DNA from: Candidatus Woesearchaeota archaeon
Lineage (GTDB): Archaea; Nanobdellota; Nanobdellia; Woesearchaeales; UBA11576
Assembly (NCBI GenBank): GCA_018668595.1
Contig: JABJCP010000009.1
Span: 62,735-126,734 of the forward strand
Reading direction: 5' to 3'
DNA: 64,000 nucleotides
The number at the start of each line of letters is the position of its first letter. Within the stretch, counting starts at the first letter, position 1. A program made the position numbers and the translations under genes. The notes beneath the pieces were generated by a model. It did no database searches. It was not told the origin of the DNA and saw nothing but the letters and a program-made list of their open reading frames with translations. Positions 30,152 to 40,004 of the stretch are shown piece by piece.

Positions 30152-31399
30152 TCAAAGATCATATTCTTGTTTATTTTCTCCAATAACTTTGTCTGCTAGG
30201 TTTTTACTCATCCATTTCCAAGCAGGAATAACATTTATATCATTCAATTTGTCTTCTTGAGCGAATGTAATTATTAACCCATTTTCTATTTTGAATTTTC
30301 TCATAGTTTCATATAATCCATTTAGTTCTCTTTCTTTGTTTTCTTCGGTAAGTTCATAACAGACTTGTATTGCTTGAATGAGTTTTCCGTTTTCTTTAAT
30401 TATAAAATCACATTCATGTCGATTTCTATAGTAAAATATTTCTTTGTATTTTCGTCTTAATTCTATAAAAATTAAATTTTCTAATAATCTTCCTTTATCT
30501 GAGGAAAATGAAGCAGTATTGGCTCTTGCAAATCCTAAATCTATGCAAAATATTTTTTTAGGATTAATCATTTGTTTTTTTAGCGAATAATCAAATCGCG
30601 GTATTGTAAAAAATAAATAACTATCTTCAAAAAATGAAATATATGAACTAACTGTGTTTGTCGAACCTAGATTTAATATTTTGGCAAGATTATTGTACGA
30701 ATATTCCTTTCCTATATTTGTTATTAAATACGTAGCAAGTTCTTTGAGTTTTTTCGTATCTTTTATTTTATGTCTTACAATTATATCTCTTGTTAGAACA
30801 TCTTTGAACAGTTCTTGTAATAATTCTGTTTTTGGTTTTTCAAGAAACTCTGGAAACCCACCTAGTTCAAAATATTTTTCAAATGTTTTTAGTGATGGTT
30901 TTAGTTTCAAAAATTGTAGCATTTCTTTATACGAAAATGGGAATAGTTCGTGAGAGATTTGTCTTCCGGTTAATTTAGTTCCAAGTTCTCTGCTTAGCAA
31001 TGATGCATTAGATCCTGTTAAAAATATTTTCCCCCCCTGATCTAATTTTTGCCTTACAAATCGTTCCCAACCTTCAACATTTTGTATTTCATCAAAAAAG
31101 TAGAATTCGAGATCTTTATTTAGTTCATTAAGCACTTCATCTAATTTTTCAAAATCAGTCAGTTCAAATTTAAAAATTCTTGGATCTTCAAAATTAAAAT
31201 AAGCCTTGTTTTTTACTGTTTTCATTAACTGTCTTAATACAGTACTTTTTCCACACCTTCGTATTCCTGTAATTATATTGGCATGTTTTATGTCAAAATC
31301 TATTTTTTGATTTAAATCCCGTTTAATACCTGTTTCTAGCTGTTTTAACTCTTCCTTTTGTTTAACTACTGTTTTTTTTATTGTTTCTTTTAATATCAT
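30152..31399 (-). CDS. AAA-superfamily ATPase of the AAA_14/DUF4143 type
   Basis: Walker A is GIRRCGKST and Walker B is FYFFDEIQ. The family is common in archaea. Confidence 0.5.
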   Translation of the reverse strand: MILKETIKKTVVKQKEELKQLETGIKRDLNQKIDFDIKHANIITGIRRCGKSTVLRQLMKTVKNKAYFNFEDPRIFKFELTDFEKLDEVLNELNKDLEFYFFDEIQNVEGWERFVRQKLDQGGKIFLTGSNASLLSRELGTKLTGRQISHELFPFSYKEMLQFLKLKPSLKTFEKYFELGGFPEFLEKPKTELLQELFKDVLTRDIIVRHKIKDTKKLKELATYLITNIGKEYSYNNLAKILNLGSTNTVSSYISFFEDSYLFFTIPRFDYSLKKQMINPKKIFCIDLGFARANTASFSSDKGRLLENLIFIELRRKYKEIFYYRNRHECDFIIKENGKLIQAIQVCYELTEENKERELNGLYETMRKFKIENGLIITFAQEDKLNDINVIPAWKWMSKNLADKVIGENKQEYDL

Positions 31400-31436
31400 A
31401 TTAATAAATGATAGAATGATTAATATATAAAGGTTT

Positions 31437-31476
31437 GCATTATTGATGCACAGAAGTATGCATTATTGATGCACAG
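31437..31476. repeat. Tandem direct repeat of 17 bp (GCATTATTGATGCACAG, two copies, 6-bp spacer) in a divergent promoter region
   Basis: The copies are exactly identical, at 31437-31453 and 31460-31476. Confidence 0.5.
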
Positions 31477-31671
31477 TTCAGTATTTTAGTTGTATTGATT
31501 GGCTTGTTGTTTTGGTGTTATATATTAGTTTAGAAAAAATTCATTGATTATTATGAACCTTCCCCTTATAACTACTCTTCAGTGCTAATCAAACGAAACT
31601 TTTATAAATAACTATATCATAACTCTATATATATTATATTAAAGGGGATAATTTTTCAGAGGGCGAAATAT

Positions 31672-32178
31672 ATGAGACCAAAAGAATTACTAAAAGCAAT
31701 AGATCATGAAATTGATGTTAACATAAAGCGAGAAAAAAAATTTTCTGTAGATGAATTAGTTGAATCTTATGATATGCATGCTAAATACAGACCTGTAGTT
31801 AAACAGTATGTTTCTGATGTTAAAAAATTATTTGCTGAAACTGGTGAAAAACTTGCAAGCGAAGCAGATGGATTGGGTGAAAGTCTTGGATGTTTAGGTT
31901 ATATTGTTGCTGTGGCAATTGGTGCTGGTGCAGGATTTGGAATCGGACTTTTAACAGGCGACATGGGGACTGCAAAAGAGTTTGCAGGTTCAGGTGCAGG
32001 AATTGGTTTATTTGCTGAATTAATATTTAGTCCTGCTGCCACAGTTATGGCTCATAAATATATTAATAGTGAATTAAAAAGTTGCGAAGAACCAAGAGCA
32101 ATTTATAGAAATAAAACTTTAGCAAAACTTGATAATTTAGTTCCTGAACAAAGAGATAAAGATTTATTGAAGTCATAA
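31672..32178 (+). CDS. Gly-rich hypothetical membrane protein
   Basis: It contains LGCLGYIVAVAIGAGAGFGIGLLTG. Confidence 0.35.
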   Translation: MRPKELLKAIDHEIDVNIKREKKFSVDELVESYDMHAKYRPVVKQYVSDVKKLFAETGEKLASEADGLGESLGCLGYIVAVAIGAGAGFGIGLLTGDMGTAKEFAGSGAGIGLFAELIFSPAATVMAHKYINSELKSCEEPRAIYRNKTLAKLDNLVPEQRDKDLLKS

Positions 32179-32251
32179 TTTTTATTAATTAATTTGTTTA
32201 ATATGTATTAACAAAATAGGATGATTTAATTATATTTGGGGGGGATTTAAT

Positions 32252-32554
32252 ATGGGTAAAAAAATATTCAAAAAAACATTAATCAACACTTTGGCTTATG
32301 GAGTGGTATTTCATCCTATTTATTCTGCGCTTAGTTCTTTATCAGGAGATGATTCTTTTGTAGAAAAATTAACTAATCCATATACTTTTTGTTTTACAGC
32401 AGGTTCTATGGTTGGTTGGTTTGGATGTTCATATTTATTTGGCAAATTAGAAGATAAACGAAAAACTAAATTCGAAGAGCAAATAAAACGAGAGAAAAAA
32501 GAATATTCTACTAAAAAATATAATTCTAATTTAGAAGATAAGTTACATACTTAA
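32252..32554 (+). CDS. Small membrane protein
   Basis: It has two hydrophobic segments. A GGGGG SD lies upstream. Confidence 0.35.
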   Translation: MGKKIFKKTLINTLAYGVVFHPIYSALSSLSGDDSFVEKLTNPYTFCFTAGSMVGWFGCSYLFGKLEDKRKTKFEEQIKREKKEYSTKKYNSNLEDKLHT

Positions 32555-32659
32555 TTTTCATTTTTTCTATGTTGATGTTTTTTAATTTTTAATTTTTTTC
32601 TAATTATTTATATTTTATAATGGGAAGTTTTAAATATGGGTTATGCATTATAATGCATA

Positions 32660-33151
32660 ATGGTACGACCAAGAAAAATCAAACATGTAAATTTTGAGCC
32701 TGGAGTGACTTATTTTAAACCTCGAGCTATTCCCTTAAATCAGATTGAAGAGGTTGAGTTAACAGTTGACGAATTAGAAACTTTAAGATTAGTTAATATT
32801 GAAAAATTAAGTCAGGCAGACGCTGCTAAAAAAATGAAAATTCATCAATCTACTTTTCAAAGAACTTTAACTCGTGCAAGGGAAAAAATTACAGATGCAT
32901 TGGTCAATGGAAAAGCAATAAAAATTCAAGGAGGCGAATATAAAATGCCAGGAAGAGATGGAACTGGACCTGTTGGAAACAGAAGAGGCGAGGGTAGAGG
33001 TTTTAGAGGTAGAATGGGTGGACCAAGTGCAGCAGGTCCTAATGGAATTTGTAAATGTTCAAAATGTGGATTTGAACAAAAACATGAACAAGGAAAACCT
33101 TGCGTAAATATTAAATGTCCAAAGTGTGGGCAAGTTATGACGAGAAAATGA
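32660..33151 (+). CDS. DUF134/UPF0251-family putative DNA-binding protein with a C-terminal Gly/Arg-rich region and a Cys4 zinc ribbon
   Basis: MVRPRKIKHVNFEPGVTYFKP...ELTVDELETLRL...AKKMKIHQSTFQRTLTRAREK matches the UPF0251 signature. The zinc ribbon is CKCSKCG...CPKCG. Confidence 0.55.
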   Translation: MVRPRKIKHVNFEPGVTYFKPRAIPLNQIEEVELTVDELETLRLVNIEKLSQADAAKKMKIHQSTFQRTLTRAREKITDALVNGKAIKIQGGEYKMPGRDGTGPVGNRRGEGRGFRGRMGGPSAAGPNGICKCSKCGFEQKHEQGKPCVNIKCPKCGQVMTRK

Positions 33152-33175
33152 TATTTTGTTAGGGGGGAAATTAAA

Positions 33176-33508
33176 ATGAATTATAGAATAATACCTGTCT
33201 ATAAGGAAGGATTTATTGTTAGAAAAAACTATAATCCTTGTTTAATTGGTGGATTTAATAAAGACTCTTATAACTATTTTCAAGAAAAATTAAGTTTATC
33301 AATAACACATTCAAGCGGACTAGATAAGATTTTATTGATGCCTAATAAAGATGGTCGCGGTCCAAAGGGTGATGGTAAACGTGATGGTAGTGGTGGCGGT
33401 CGTGGTGGAAATCAAGGCGGTAGAAGAGGAGGTAATAAAGGCAGATCTGGTGATGGAAAAAAACCAAGTGGTGGAAAAAAACAAGGCGGTGGAAAAGGTA
33501 ATTGTTAA
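33176..33508 (+). CDS. Small protein with an RGG/Gly-Lys-rich C-terminal tail
   Basis: The tail reads DGRGPKGDGKRDGSGGGRGGNQGGRRGGNKGRSG. A GGGGGG SD lies upstream. Confidence 0.4.
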   Translation: MNYRIIPVYKEGFIVRKNYNPCLIGGFNKDSYNYFQEKLSLSITHSSGLDKILLMPNKDGRGPKGDGKRDGSGGGRGGNQGGRRGGNKGRSGDGKKPSGGKKQGGGKGNC

Positions 33509-33530
33509 TTAAATTTCAGAGGTAATACAA

Positions 33531-34265
33531 ATGAAAATTGCTATTAGTACAGTGGGTGATAAATTAAGTTCTTTAATTGATCAGCGTTTTGGTAGGTGTG
33601 AATATTTTTTAATAGTTGATATAAAAAATAATGAAATTAATAAAGTGACTTCAGTAAAAAATGAGGGGGCGATTCAGGGTCATGGTGCAGGTATTCGCGC
33701 TGCGCAACAAGTAGGCGAATTAGGAGTTAATGTTGTAATTACTGGAAGCTTAGGTCCTAACGCAACAAATGTTTTAAGTCAAGTGGAAATTAAAGCGTAT
33801 CATGGTTCTGGTAATGCAGAAGATGTGATTGGTGAATTTATTGCTGGAAAATTAAACTTAATTTCTGAAGTTGCACAAGCTCATTCAGGCAGTGTTGCGG
33901 GGGATGTTAACTCCGAAGAAAGAATTTTTTTCCCACTTCTAGAAAATAACGGTTTTGATTCAGAAATATCTGATCATTTTGGCCACGCACCATTTTTTGG
34001 ATTGTACGACACTAAGACCGATAAATTAAAAATAACTAAAAATGAATTAAGTCACACAGATCCGGATAAATCTCCTGTTGATCAGATAATTGATGCAGTC
34101 AATCCAACAATTGTTTTTGCATTAGGAATTGGAGGGCGAGCAGTTCAATTATTTAATGAAAAAGGAGTCGTGCTTAAAACAGGAGATTATGGTACTGTAC
34201 AAGAAGTTATTGACAATTTAGATAAATTAGAAATTCAAAACAAAGATTGCGGACATAAACATTAA
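33531..34265 (+). CDS. Dinitrogenase iron-molybdenum cofactor-binding (NifX/NafY/NifB-C-like) domain protein
   Basis: MKIAISTVGDKLSSLIDQRFGRCEYFLIVD is the canonical start of this family. Confidence 0.6.
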   Translation: MKIAISTVGDKLSSLIDQRFGRCEYFLIVDIKNNEINKVTSVKNEGAIQGHGAGIRAAQQVGELGVNVVITGSLGPNATNVLSQVEIKAYHGSGNAEDVIGEFIAGKLNLISEVAQAHSGSVAGDVNSEERIFFPLLENNGFDSEISDHFGHAPFFGLYDTKTDKLKITKNELSHTDPDKSPVDQIIDAVNPTIVFALGIGGRAVQLFNEKGVVLKTGDYGTVQEVIDNLDKLEIQNKDCGHKH

Positions 34266-34293
34266 GTTAAACATTAAGTTAAGGTTTTTTTAA

Positions 34294-35133
34294 ATGGCTA
34301 AAATTATTGGTATCACTGGAGGAAAAGGAGGAACTGGGAAGTCAACAATTGCTACTGCATTAGCATACAGTTTGGCAAAGAATCACAAAGTGCTTTTGGT
34401 TGATGCTGATGTTGATTGTCCTAATGATCATTTATTGTTAAATTTAGAACGAGAATTTTTAAAAGTTGTTGAGCAAAGAATTCCTGCTTGGAACTTAAAT
34501 AAATGTACTAAGTGCGGGTTATGTGGTGTTGTTTGTAAGACAAATGCAATAGTTTCAATAAAAAATAAATTTCCTATTTTTATGCAATCTCAATGTAATG
34601 GTTGCGGTGCTTGTGTTATTAAATGTCCTGCTAAAGCAATTATTTGGAACAAAAAAGAGATTGGAAAAATATTTACAGGAAACAAATATGATATTGATTT
34701 TTTGTCGGGTGAACTTAAAGCAAATGAACCTGTTTCTGAATTTGTAGTTAATTCTTTGAATAAAATCATTGAAACAAAAAAAACAAAATATGAGTTTATA
34801 ATTATTGATACTGCTGCAGGAACTCATTGTCCAGTTATTGCTGCATTGGAAATGTGTGATAAAGTATTTTCTGTTTCTGAACCAACACCTTTAGGAAAAC
34901 ATGATTTAGAAATAATATTGCAATTATTAAAAAAACTAAAAATAAACTCCAAAATTATTTTAAATAGGTCAGATATAGGAAATAAAAGATTTATATCTGT
35001 TGTTGCAGAACAATATGGTTTAGACATTCTTTGCGAAATTCCTTTTTCTAAAAAAATTGTTAATAATTATGCTAAAGGAATCCCTATTGAAAGCAAACAC
35101 ATTTCAAAGATTGTAGATGATATACTTAACTAA
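34294..35133 (+). CDS. MinD/Mrp-superfamily P-loop ATPase with two 4Fe-4S ferredoxin motifs
   Basis: The P-loop is GGKGGTGKST. The cluster motifs are CTKCGLCGVVC and CNGCGACVIKCP. Confidence 0.65.
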   Translation: MAKIIGITGGKGGTGKSTIATALAYSLAKNHKVLLVDADVDCPNDHLLLNLEREFLKVVEQRIPAWNLNKCTKCGLCGVVCKTNAIVSIKNKFPIFMQSQCNGCGACVIKCPAKAIIWNKKEIGKIFTGNKYDIDFLSGELKANEPVSEFVVNSLNKIIETKKTKYEFIIIDTAAGTHCPVIAALEMCDKVFSVSEPTPLGKHDLEIILQLLKKLKINSKIILNRSDIGNKRFISVVAEQYGLDILCEIPFSKKIVNNYAKGIPIESKHISKIVDDILN

Positions 35134-35239
35134 ACATAAATAAAATTTACTAAATGAATTTATGGTGCTGTGTGCAAAAATATAATTAAATAAAATAAAT
35201 TATAACAAAATATCATAAAAAAAACAAAAATAAAGCAAA

Positions 35240-36118
35240 ATGAAAACAATAACTATTTTATCTGGAAAAGGAGGAGTGGGGAAAAGCAGCATTAGTGCGT
35301 CTTTGGCATTATCTTTTTCTAAAAACAAAAAAATTATTTGTGCTGATTGTGATGTTGATGCTTCAAATTTAGCTTTAGTTTTTGGAGCAAAAAAACAAGA
35401 AGAATGGATTGATTTATCCACTAATGAAGCCGCAGTTTTTAATTTAAACAAATGTGGTTCGTGCAAAAAATGTTTTAATGTTTGTTATTTTGGTGCTATT
35501 GATTGGAAAGATAACAAACCACATTTAAAAAAATTTAGTTGTGAGGGTTGTGGTGTTTGTAAACTTGTTTGTCCTCAAAATGCAATATTAATGAAAAAGG
35601 TTAGTAATGCAAAGATTGGTTTTGCAAACACAAAATATGGTTTTAAAGTTGTTTCTGCGCAATTAAATCCTGGCGAATCAGGTTCTGGAAAAGTTGTTTC
35701 TGAAGTTAAAAATAAAGCAAAAAATATGGGGTCTGGTGCTGATTTAATGATTGTTGATTCTGCTGCGGGAGTTGGTTGTCCAGTTATTGCTTCAATTACT
35801 GGATCAGATTATGCAATTATTGTTACCGAACCTACTCCTTCAGGTTTTTCTGACATGAAAAAGGCAATTGAAATTATAAATTTTTTTAATATTCCAAAAA
35901 GCATAATAATTAATAAATTTGATCTTAACAAATCAGGTACAAAACAAATTGAAGAGTATGCAGAAAAGAATAATTTAGTTGTTTTGTCAAAAATTCCATT
36001 TGACAAAAAATTTGCACTAGCTTTAACTAACTTAGTTCCGATAATTAAGTATGCGCCAAGTTATGAATTATTGTTTAATGATATGAAAAATAAACTACTT
36101 AATTTGATGAATTTGTGA
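35240..36118 (+). CDS. Second MinD/Mrp-type P-loop ATPase with two 4Fe-4S ferredoxin motifs
   Basis: The P-loop is SGKGGVGKSS. The cluster motifs are CGSCKKCFNVC and CEGCGVCKLVCP. Confidence 0.65.
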   Translation: MKTITILSGKGGVGKSSISASLALSFSKNKKIICADCDVDASNLALVFGAKKQEEWIDLSTNEAAVFNLNKCGSCKKCFNVCYFGAIDWKDNKPHLKKFSCEGCGVCKLVCPQNAILMKKVSNAKIGFANTKYGFKVVSAQLNPGESGSGKVVSEVKNKAKNMGSGADLMIVDSAAGVGCPVIASITGSDYAIIVTEPTPSGFSDMKKAIEIINFFNIPKSIIINKFDLNKSGTKQIEEYAEKNNLVVLSKIPFDKKFALALTNLVPIIKYAPSYELLFNDMKNKLLNLMNL

Positions 36119-36130
36119 GGTAAGTAAATA

Positions 36131-36622
36131 ATGGAATTAATGAGAAAAAGCAAATTTTTCCAATTATGGCTTATTATTGGAATGGTTGCGGGTTTTGCAG
36201 CAGTTATATTTTTTTCAATAACTTATCTTAATGAAACTGTACTTTGTAGTGTTGATTGTAGATTAAGAAATGAAGTATCAATTATTCTTGTGTTGTTATC
36301 TCTTGTCGGAATGTTCATAGGTAGTTTGACTTATTATTTTATTTCTGAAAAATATGAAAAAAAGATTACAAAAATACATAAGGATGTTAGTCTTACTCTT
36401 CGTTTTTTAGATGGCGAAGAAAGAGTAATTGTCAGCGCGATAATTAAAAGCAGTGGTGAACTAACTCAGTCAGATATAGCAAGGAATACGGGATTATCTA
36501 GAGTAAAGATTTCTAGATCTTTACACAAGTTAGAGCAAAAAAATATAATAACTAAAACTTCTTGCGGTATGACTAATATGATAAAAATCAAAAAAGAAAT
36601 AGGGGAAGTTTTAATAGAATAA
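36131..36622 (+). CDS. Membrane-anchored winged-helix (MarR-like) transcriptional regulator
   Basis: It has two N-terminal TM helices. A C-terminal HTH reads LTQSDIARNTGLSRVKISRSLHKLEQKNII. Confidence 0.4.
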   Translation: MELMRKSKFFQLWLIIGMVAGFAAVIFFSITYLNETVLCSVDCRLRNEVSIILVLLSLVGMFIGSLTYYFISEKYEKKITKIHKDVSLTLRFLDGEERVIVSAIIKSSGELTQSDIARNTGLSRVKISRSLHKLEQKNIITKTSCGMTNMIKIKKEIGEVLIE

Positions 36623-36741
36623 TAGAATAAAAATCATTTCACTTTTTGATACAAATCTTTATGGGTTATTTCATTTTTTGTAATATAATAAGATTACTCC
36701 AAGATGAGCTAATTATTAAGATTAAACAAAGAGGATAACTG

Positions 36742-37188
36742 ATGTTCAAAAAATTAATAGTGCTATTTAATATTTGGTTGATAATTATATTGATGACAGG
36801 ATGCACTAATCAAATCAAAGACCAACAAGAATCCCTTGAAGAAATTAGAGGAGATAATGATTTGTTTATGATTTCATCAAATGGAAATTTTAGTATTTCT
36901 GACTGTGCGGATAAAGGTCTGAATAATGAATTTATTATGTTAGAATCCAAATATTGTGGTCACTGTAAATCTACATTGCCTGATTTTAAAGAAGCATGTG
37001 TTGAAAAAGGAATTAATCCTATAATTTTAGACATAAGCAATGAATCTCAAAGATCTCAGATGGAATCCTATGGGATAAATATTCAATTCACTCCAACATT
37101 TATTTTCGATTGTAATTATTATGTTGGTGCTAAATCCTCAGAAGAATATTTGCAATTATTAGATAAATTAAATGTAAAGGGAGATTAA
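36742..37188 (+). CDS. Thioredoxin-fold lipoprotein with a CGHC active site
   Basis: The signal peptide plus lipobox is LMTGC. The thioredoxin motif YCGHCK is present. Confidence 0.5.
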   Translation: MFKKLIVLFNIWLIIILMTGCTNQIKDQQESLEEIRGDNDLFMISSNGNFSISDCADKGLNNEFIMLESKYCGHCKSTLPDFKEACVEKGINPIILDISNESQRSQMESYGINIQFTPTFIFDCNYYVGAKSSEEYLQLLDKLNVKGD

Positions 37189-38018
37189 TGATGAAAAAGA
37201 AAATTAAAAAGTGCTTGATTGTTTTATCTATTGTATTATTGTTAGTTTTACTGTATGGGATTACAAAATTAATACCTCCTGATTTTTTATCTCTTCTTAG
37301 TATGCAACTGCCTTTGCCAATTTTTACTTTTTTAATTGCACTGGTTGATGGATTTAATCCTTGCAATCTTTTTGTTTTAACTTTGTTAATATCTTTGATG
37401 TTGTCTGAATCTCATTCTAGGGAAAAAATATTTGCAGTGGGATACAGTTTTATATTTGTAGTTTATATTTTTTATTTTCTTTTTATGGCTGCATGGCTGA
37501 ATATTTTTAAATATATTGGATTTATTGATCCTCTAAGAATCGCGATTGCTTCAATAGCAATAATTGCAGGTTTAATAAATTGTAAAGAATATTTTTTTTA
37601 TAGACGAGGAATTACTTTAATGGTTCAAGATAAACACGTCAAACCATTAATTAAAAGAATTCAATCTGTTGCAAAACTTCTTAAAAAAGGTTCGATGCCA
37701 ACCTTGATTGGCGCTTCGGTAGTATTAGCAATTTTTGCATCACTTGTTGAACTTCCTTGTACAGCAGGATTCCCAATAATTTACACAGGTGTATTAATAG
37801 GTATGTCGTTAAGAGGTATATCTTATTATCTTTATTTGGCATTATATAATTTAGTTTATGTGTTGCCTCTCGTTACAATAATTACTTTGTTAGGATATAC
37901 ATTTAATGGCAAGCAAATAGAAAAAACAACAATGGCATTAATTAAATTCATTGGTGGTGCGATAATGTTAATATTGGGTGCTATTTTAATTTTGAGTCCT
38001 GGATTAATAGGACTTTAA
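37188..38018 (+). CDS. DsbD/CcdA-family transmembrane thiol-disulfide electron transporter
   Basis: The protein is polytopic. Conserved Cys residues sit in TM1 (DGFNPCNLFVL) and in a later TM (LVELPCTAGFP). Confidence 0.5.
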   Translation: MMKKKIKKCLIVLSIVLLLVLLYGITKLIPPDFLSLLSMQLPLPIFTFLIALVDGFNPCNLFVLTLLISLMLSESHSREKIFAVGYSFIFVVYIFYFLFMAAWLNIFKYIGFIDPLRIAIASIAIIAGLINCKEYFFYRRGITLMVQDKHVKPLIKRIQSVAKLLKKGSMPTLIGASVVLAIFASLVELPCTAGFPIIYTGVLIGMSLRGISYYLYLALYNLVYVLPLVTIITLLGYTFNGKQIEKTTMALIKFIGGAIMLILGAILILSPGLIGL

Positions 38019-38110
38019 AACAAATTATTGATGTATGGGTTGTTTTGTTTAGATAAATCTGTTTATGATATGGGAATTCTAATTTAGACGGTAAGTTGCA
38101 TATTTGATTT

Positions 38111-38584
38111 TCATTCATCCATTTTATAAGTTGGTTCTTCTCCAACTTTGACATATTCTATTCCTAGAATTTCTATTCTATTTTTTGGAACTCTCCATTG
38201 TGGTCGTCCCATTATCATATCTGGTTGTGGAGTTGTAAGTCTTGCTTTTATGATTGCATATTCCAAACTTTCTTCATCTTTTGCTTTTTCTCGTCCAGCA
38301 AGTTCAGAATTTTGTTTAACTTGTTCATCCCAAAACCAAACACCTACAGTTCCATCGATAGATACATAATTTTCAAATCCTTCTGCTTCAATTTTTCTTG
38401 CACGCGCACCAGATGTTCCGTGATAACCTATTGCAATTCCTCCTTGATCTCTTAAACGTTGGAGATTATCTTGAGTTTTTCGCAAAGCTTCTTCACTTTC
38501 AGGACCTCGATGAGGAGTAATGTTTTTACTTTTAGAACTGGGAGTACATTCATTATGCTGGTTATAATTAACGTTGTAGTTCAT
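38111..38584 (-). CDS. Hypothetical protein; possible C-terminal fragment of an interrupted gene
   Basis: It begins MNYNVNYN, repeating the last residues (DMNYN) of the upstream ORF. Confidence 0.35.
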   Translation of the reverse strand: MNYNVNYNQHNECTPSSKSKNITPHRGPESEEALRKTQDNLQRLRDQGGIAIGYHGTSGARARKIEAEGFENYVSIDGTVGVWFWDEQVKQNSELAGREKAKDEESLEYAIIKARLTTPQPDMIMGRPQWRVPKNRIEILGIEYVKVGEEPTYKMDE

Positions 38585-38648
38585 TTTTCTTTTTTTTGTT
38601 TTAATTATAAAATAAAAAATTTAATTTAATTTAAAATTTAAATAAAAA

Positions 38649-40004
38649 TTAGTTATAGTTCATATCATTTTTTGCAGTTAGATGATCTACACTTTTTGGG
38701 AAATATTTTGGTCCCATCTTCTCTGCAAATCTTGCTCGAAATCCTTTTTTTCTTGCGAGAATTATTTGTTGTAATCTTAGATCTTTTGTTTTTGTTGCAA
38801 AATCATATGTTGCATTAGGGAATCTTTCAACCATTGCAGTTTCTGCTTTCATTTTTAATATTCCTGCACCAACAATTCCTGCATATCTATCTGCTTTTTC
38901 GTCGCAGTATGCTTCGAATGGATTTTGAGCAATGTATTCTTTGATTGCTGAATTGATTAATTCTCTTGAATTATTTTTATGTCCTAGAAATATTGCGTTT
39001 CGAGGATCTTCTTTTAAAACTTTTTGACCAATTAGGTCTGTTAGTTCAAGTTGTCCTGCTTTACGTGTAGCACTATATGTTTTTTCAGCATCCATTTCTA
39101 AAATATATTTTTTTGCTTTTTGCATGATTTCTTCCACGCCTTGTTTTTTTGCTTGGGTATATACTTCTATTTGATCAAGTCTTTTTGTTAATTTTGCATA
39201 TAATTCATCGCAATTTATTTGTTTTGCAAATGAAATTACTGTTTTTACTGAACTAGAAACTGCAATTTCAATTTCTTTGACTGTATTTGCGTCTTCTAAC
39301 TTTTTAGAGTTTTTATACATTAGTTCTATCGATTCAATATCTATTTCTGCTAGTTGTGTTAATGCATTTCTTGCCAAGTACTGATCGTCTTCTTCTTTGA
39401 AAAAAGTATATGCAGCTAATGGGTGAGATTCAATAAATTCTATTGAAGCAAACCTTGCTAATAATTTTTTATGTTCTGTATCTTGTTTTTCTTGTTGAAT
39501 TTGCTCATGAACTTTTTTGTACTCTTCAGGATCGTTTTGGATTTTTTTTAGTGTATTTATCAATTCAATTGTTGGTTGATCATTAGATTCTAATGCGAGT
39601 TGTTCTATTGTAGAATATCTGGCTTTATTTAAAAGAGTTCCTAGTGCGGTGTTTCTAAGTCGTGTATCTCCAAATTTGTATGCAGTTTTTAATGCGTCTT
39701 TAGGTTTTCTTACGGCATAGCTTACTGCTATAAGTTCAAACATTTCAGGGGTTAAGTCAGATATCATTAATTTTGCTTGTTCATATGCGTATTCTGGTTG
39801 GTATTCTATTTCTTCTAGGAGTTCTTCACCTTTTCTTTGTGCAACTCTTTTTTTATATGCTGCAACGGGTAATAATAGTCTTTTTCTATTTTCAGAATCA
39901 ACTTGTAAACTTGGCTTTATTTCAGTTAACAATGATTTTTCTTGCACTATTGTTGTTAATCGTTCTTTATTTGTTGGTTTTTCATTTTGTAATCCCTTAC
40001 TCAC
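38649..40004 (-). CDS. Hypothetical helical protein
   Basis: A long ORF of 451 aa. Confidence 0.4.
   Translation of the reverse strand: MSKGLQNEKPTNKERLTTIVQEKSLLTEIKPSLQVDSENRKRLLLPVAAYKKRVAQRKGEELLEEIEYQPEYAYEQAKLMISDLTPEMFELIAVSYAVRKPKDALKTAYKFGDTRLRNTALGTLLNKARYSTIEQLALESNDQPTIELINTLKKIQNDPEEYKKVHEQIQQEKQDTEHKKLLARFASIEFIESHPLAAYTFFKEEDDQYLARNALTQLAEIDIESIELMYKNSKKLEDANTVKEIEIAVSSSVKTVISFAKQINCDELYAKLTKRLDQIEVYTQAKKQGVEEIMQKAKKYILEMDAEKTYSATRKAGQLELTDLIGQKVLKEDPRNAIFLGHKNNSRELINSAIKEYIAQNPFEAYCDEKADRYAGIVGAGILKMKAETAMVERFPNATYDFATKTKDLRLQQIILARKKGFRARFAEKMGPKYFPKSVDHLTAKNDMNYN

Noticed and set aside
38111-38584. Possible ADP-ribosyltransferase-like motif (IGYHGTSGARARKIEAEGF) in the 157-aa hypothetical protein
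   Set aside because: The H-G-[ST] ... E pattern alone is too weak without the full H-Y-E or R-S-E context. This cannot be supported from the sequence alone.
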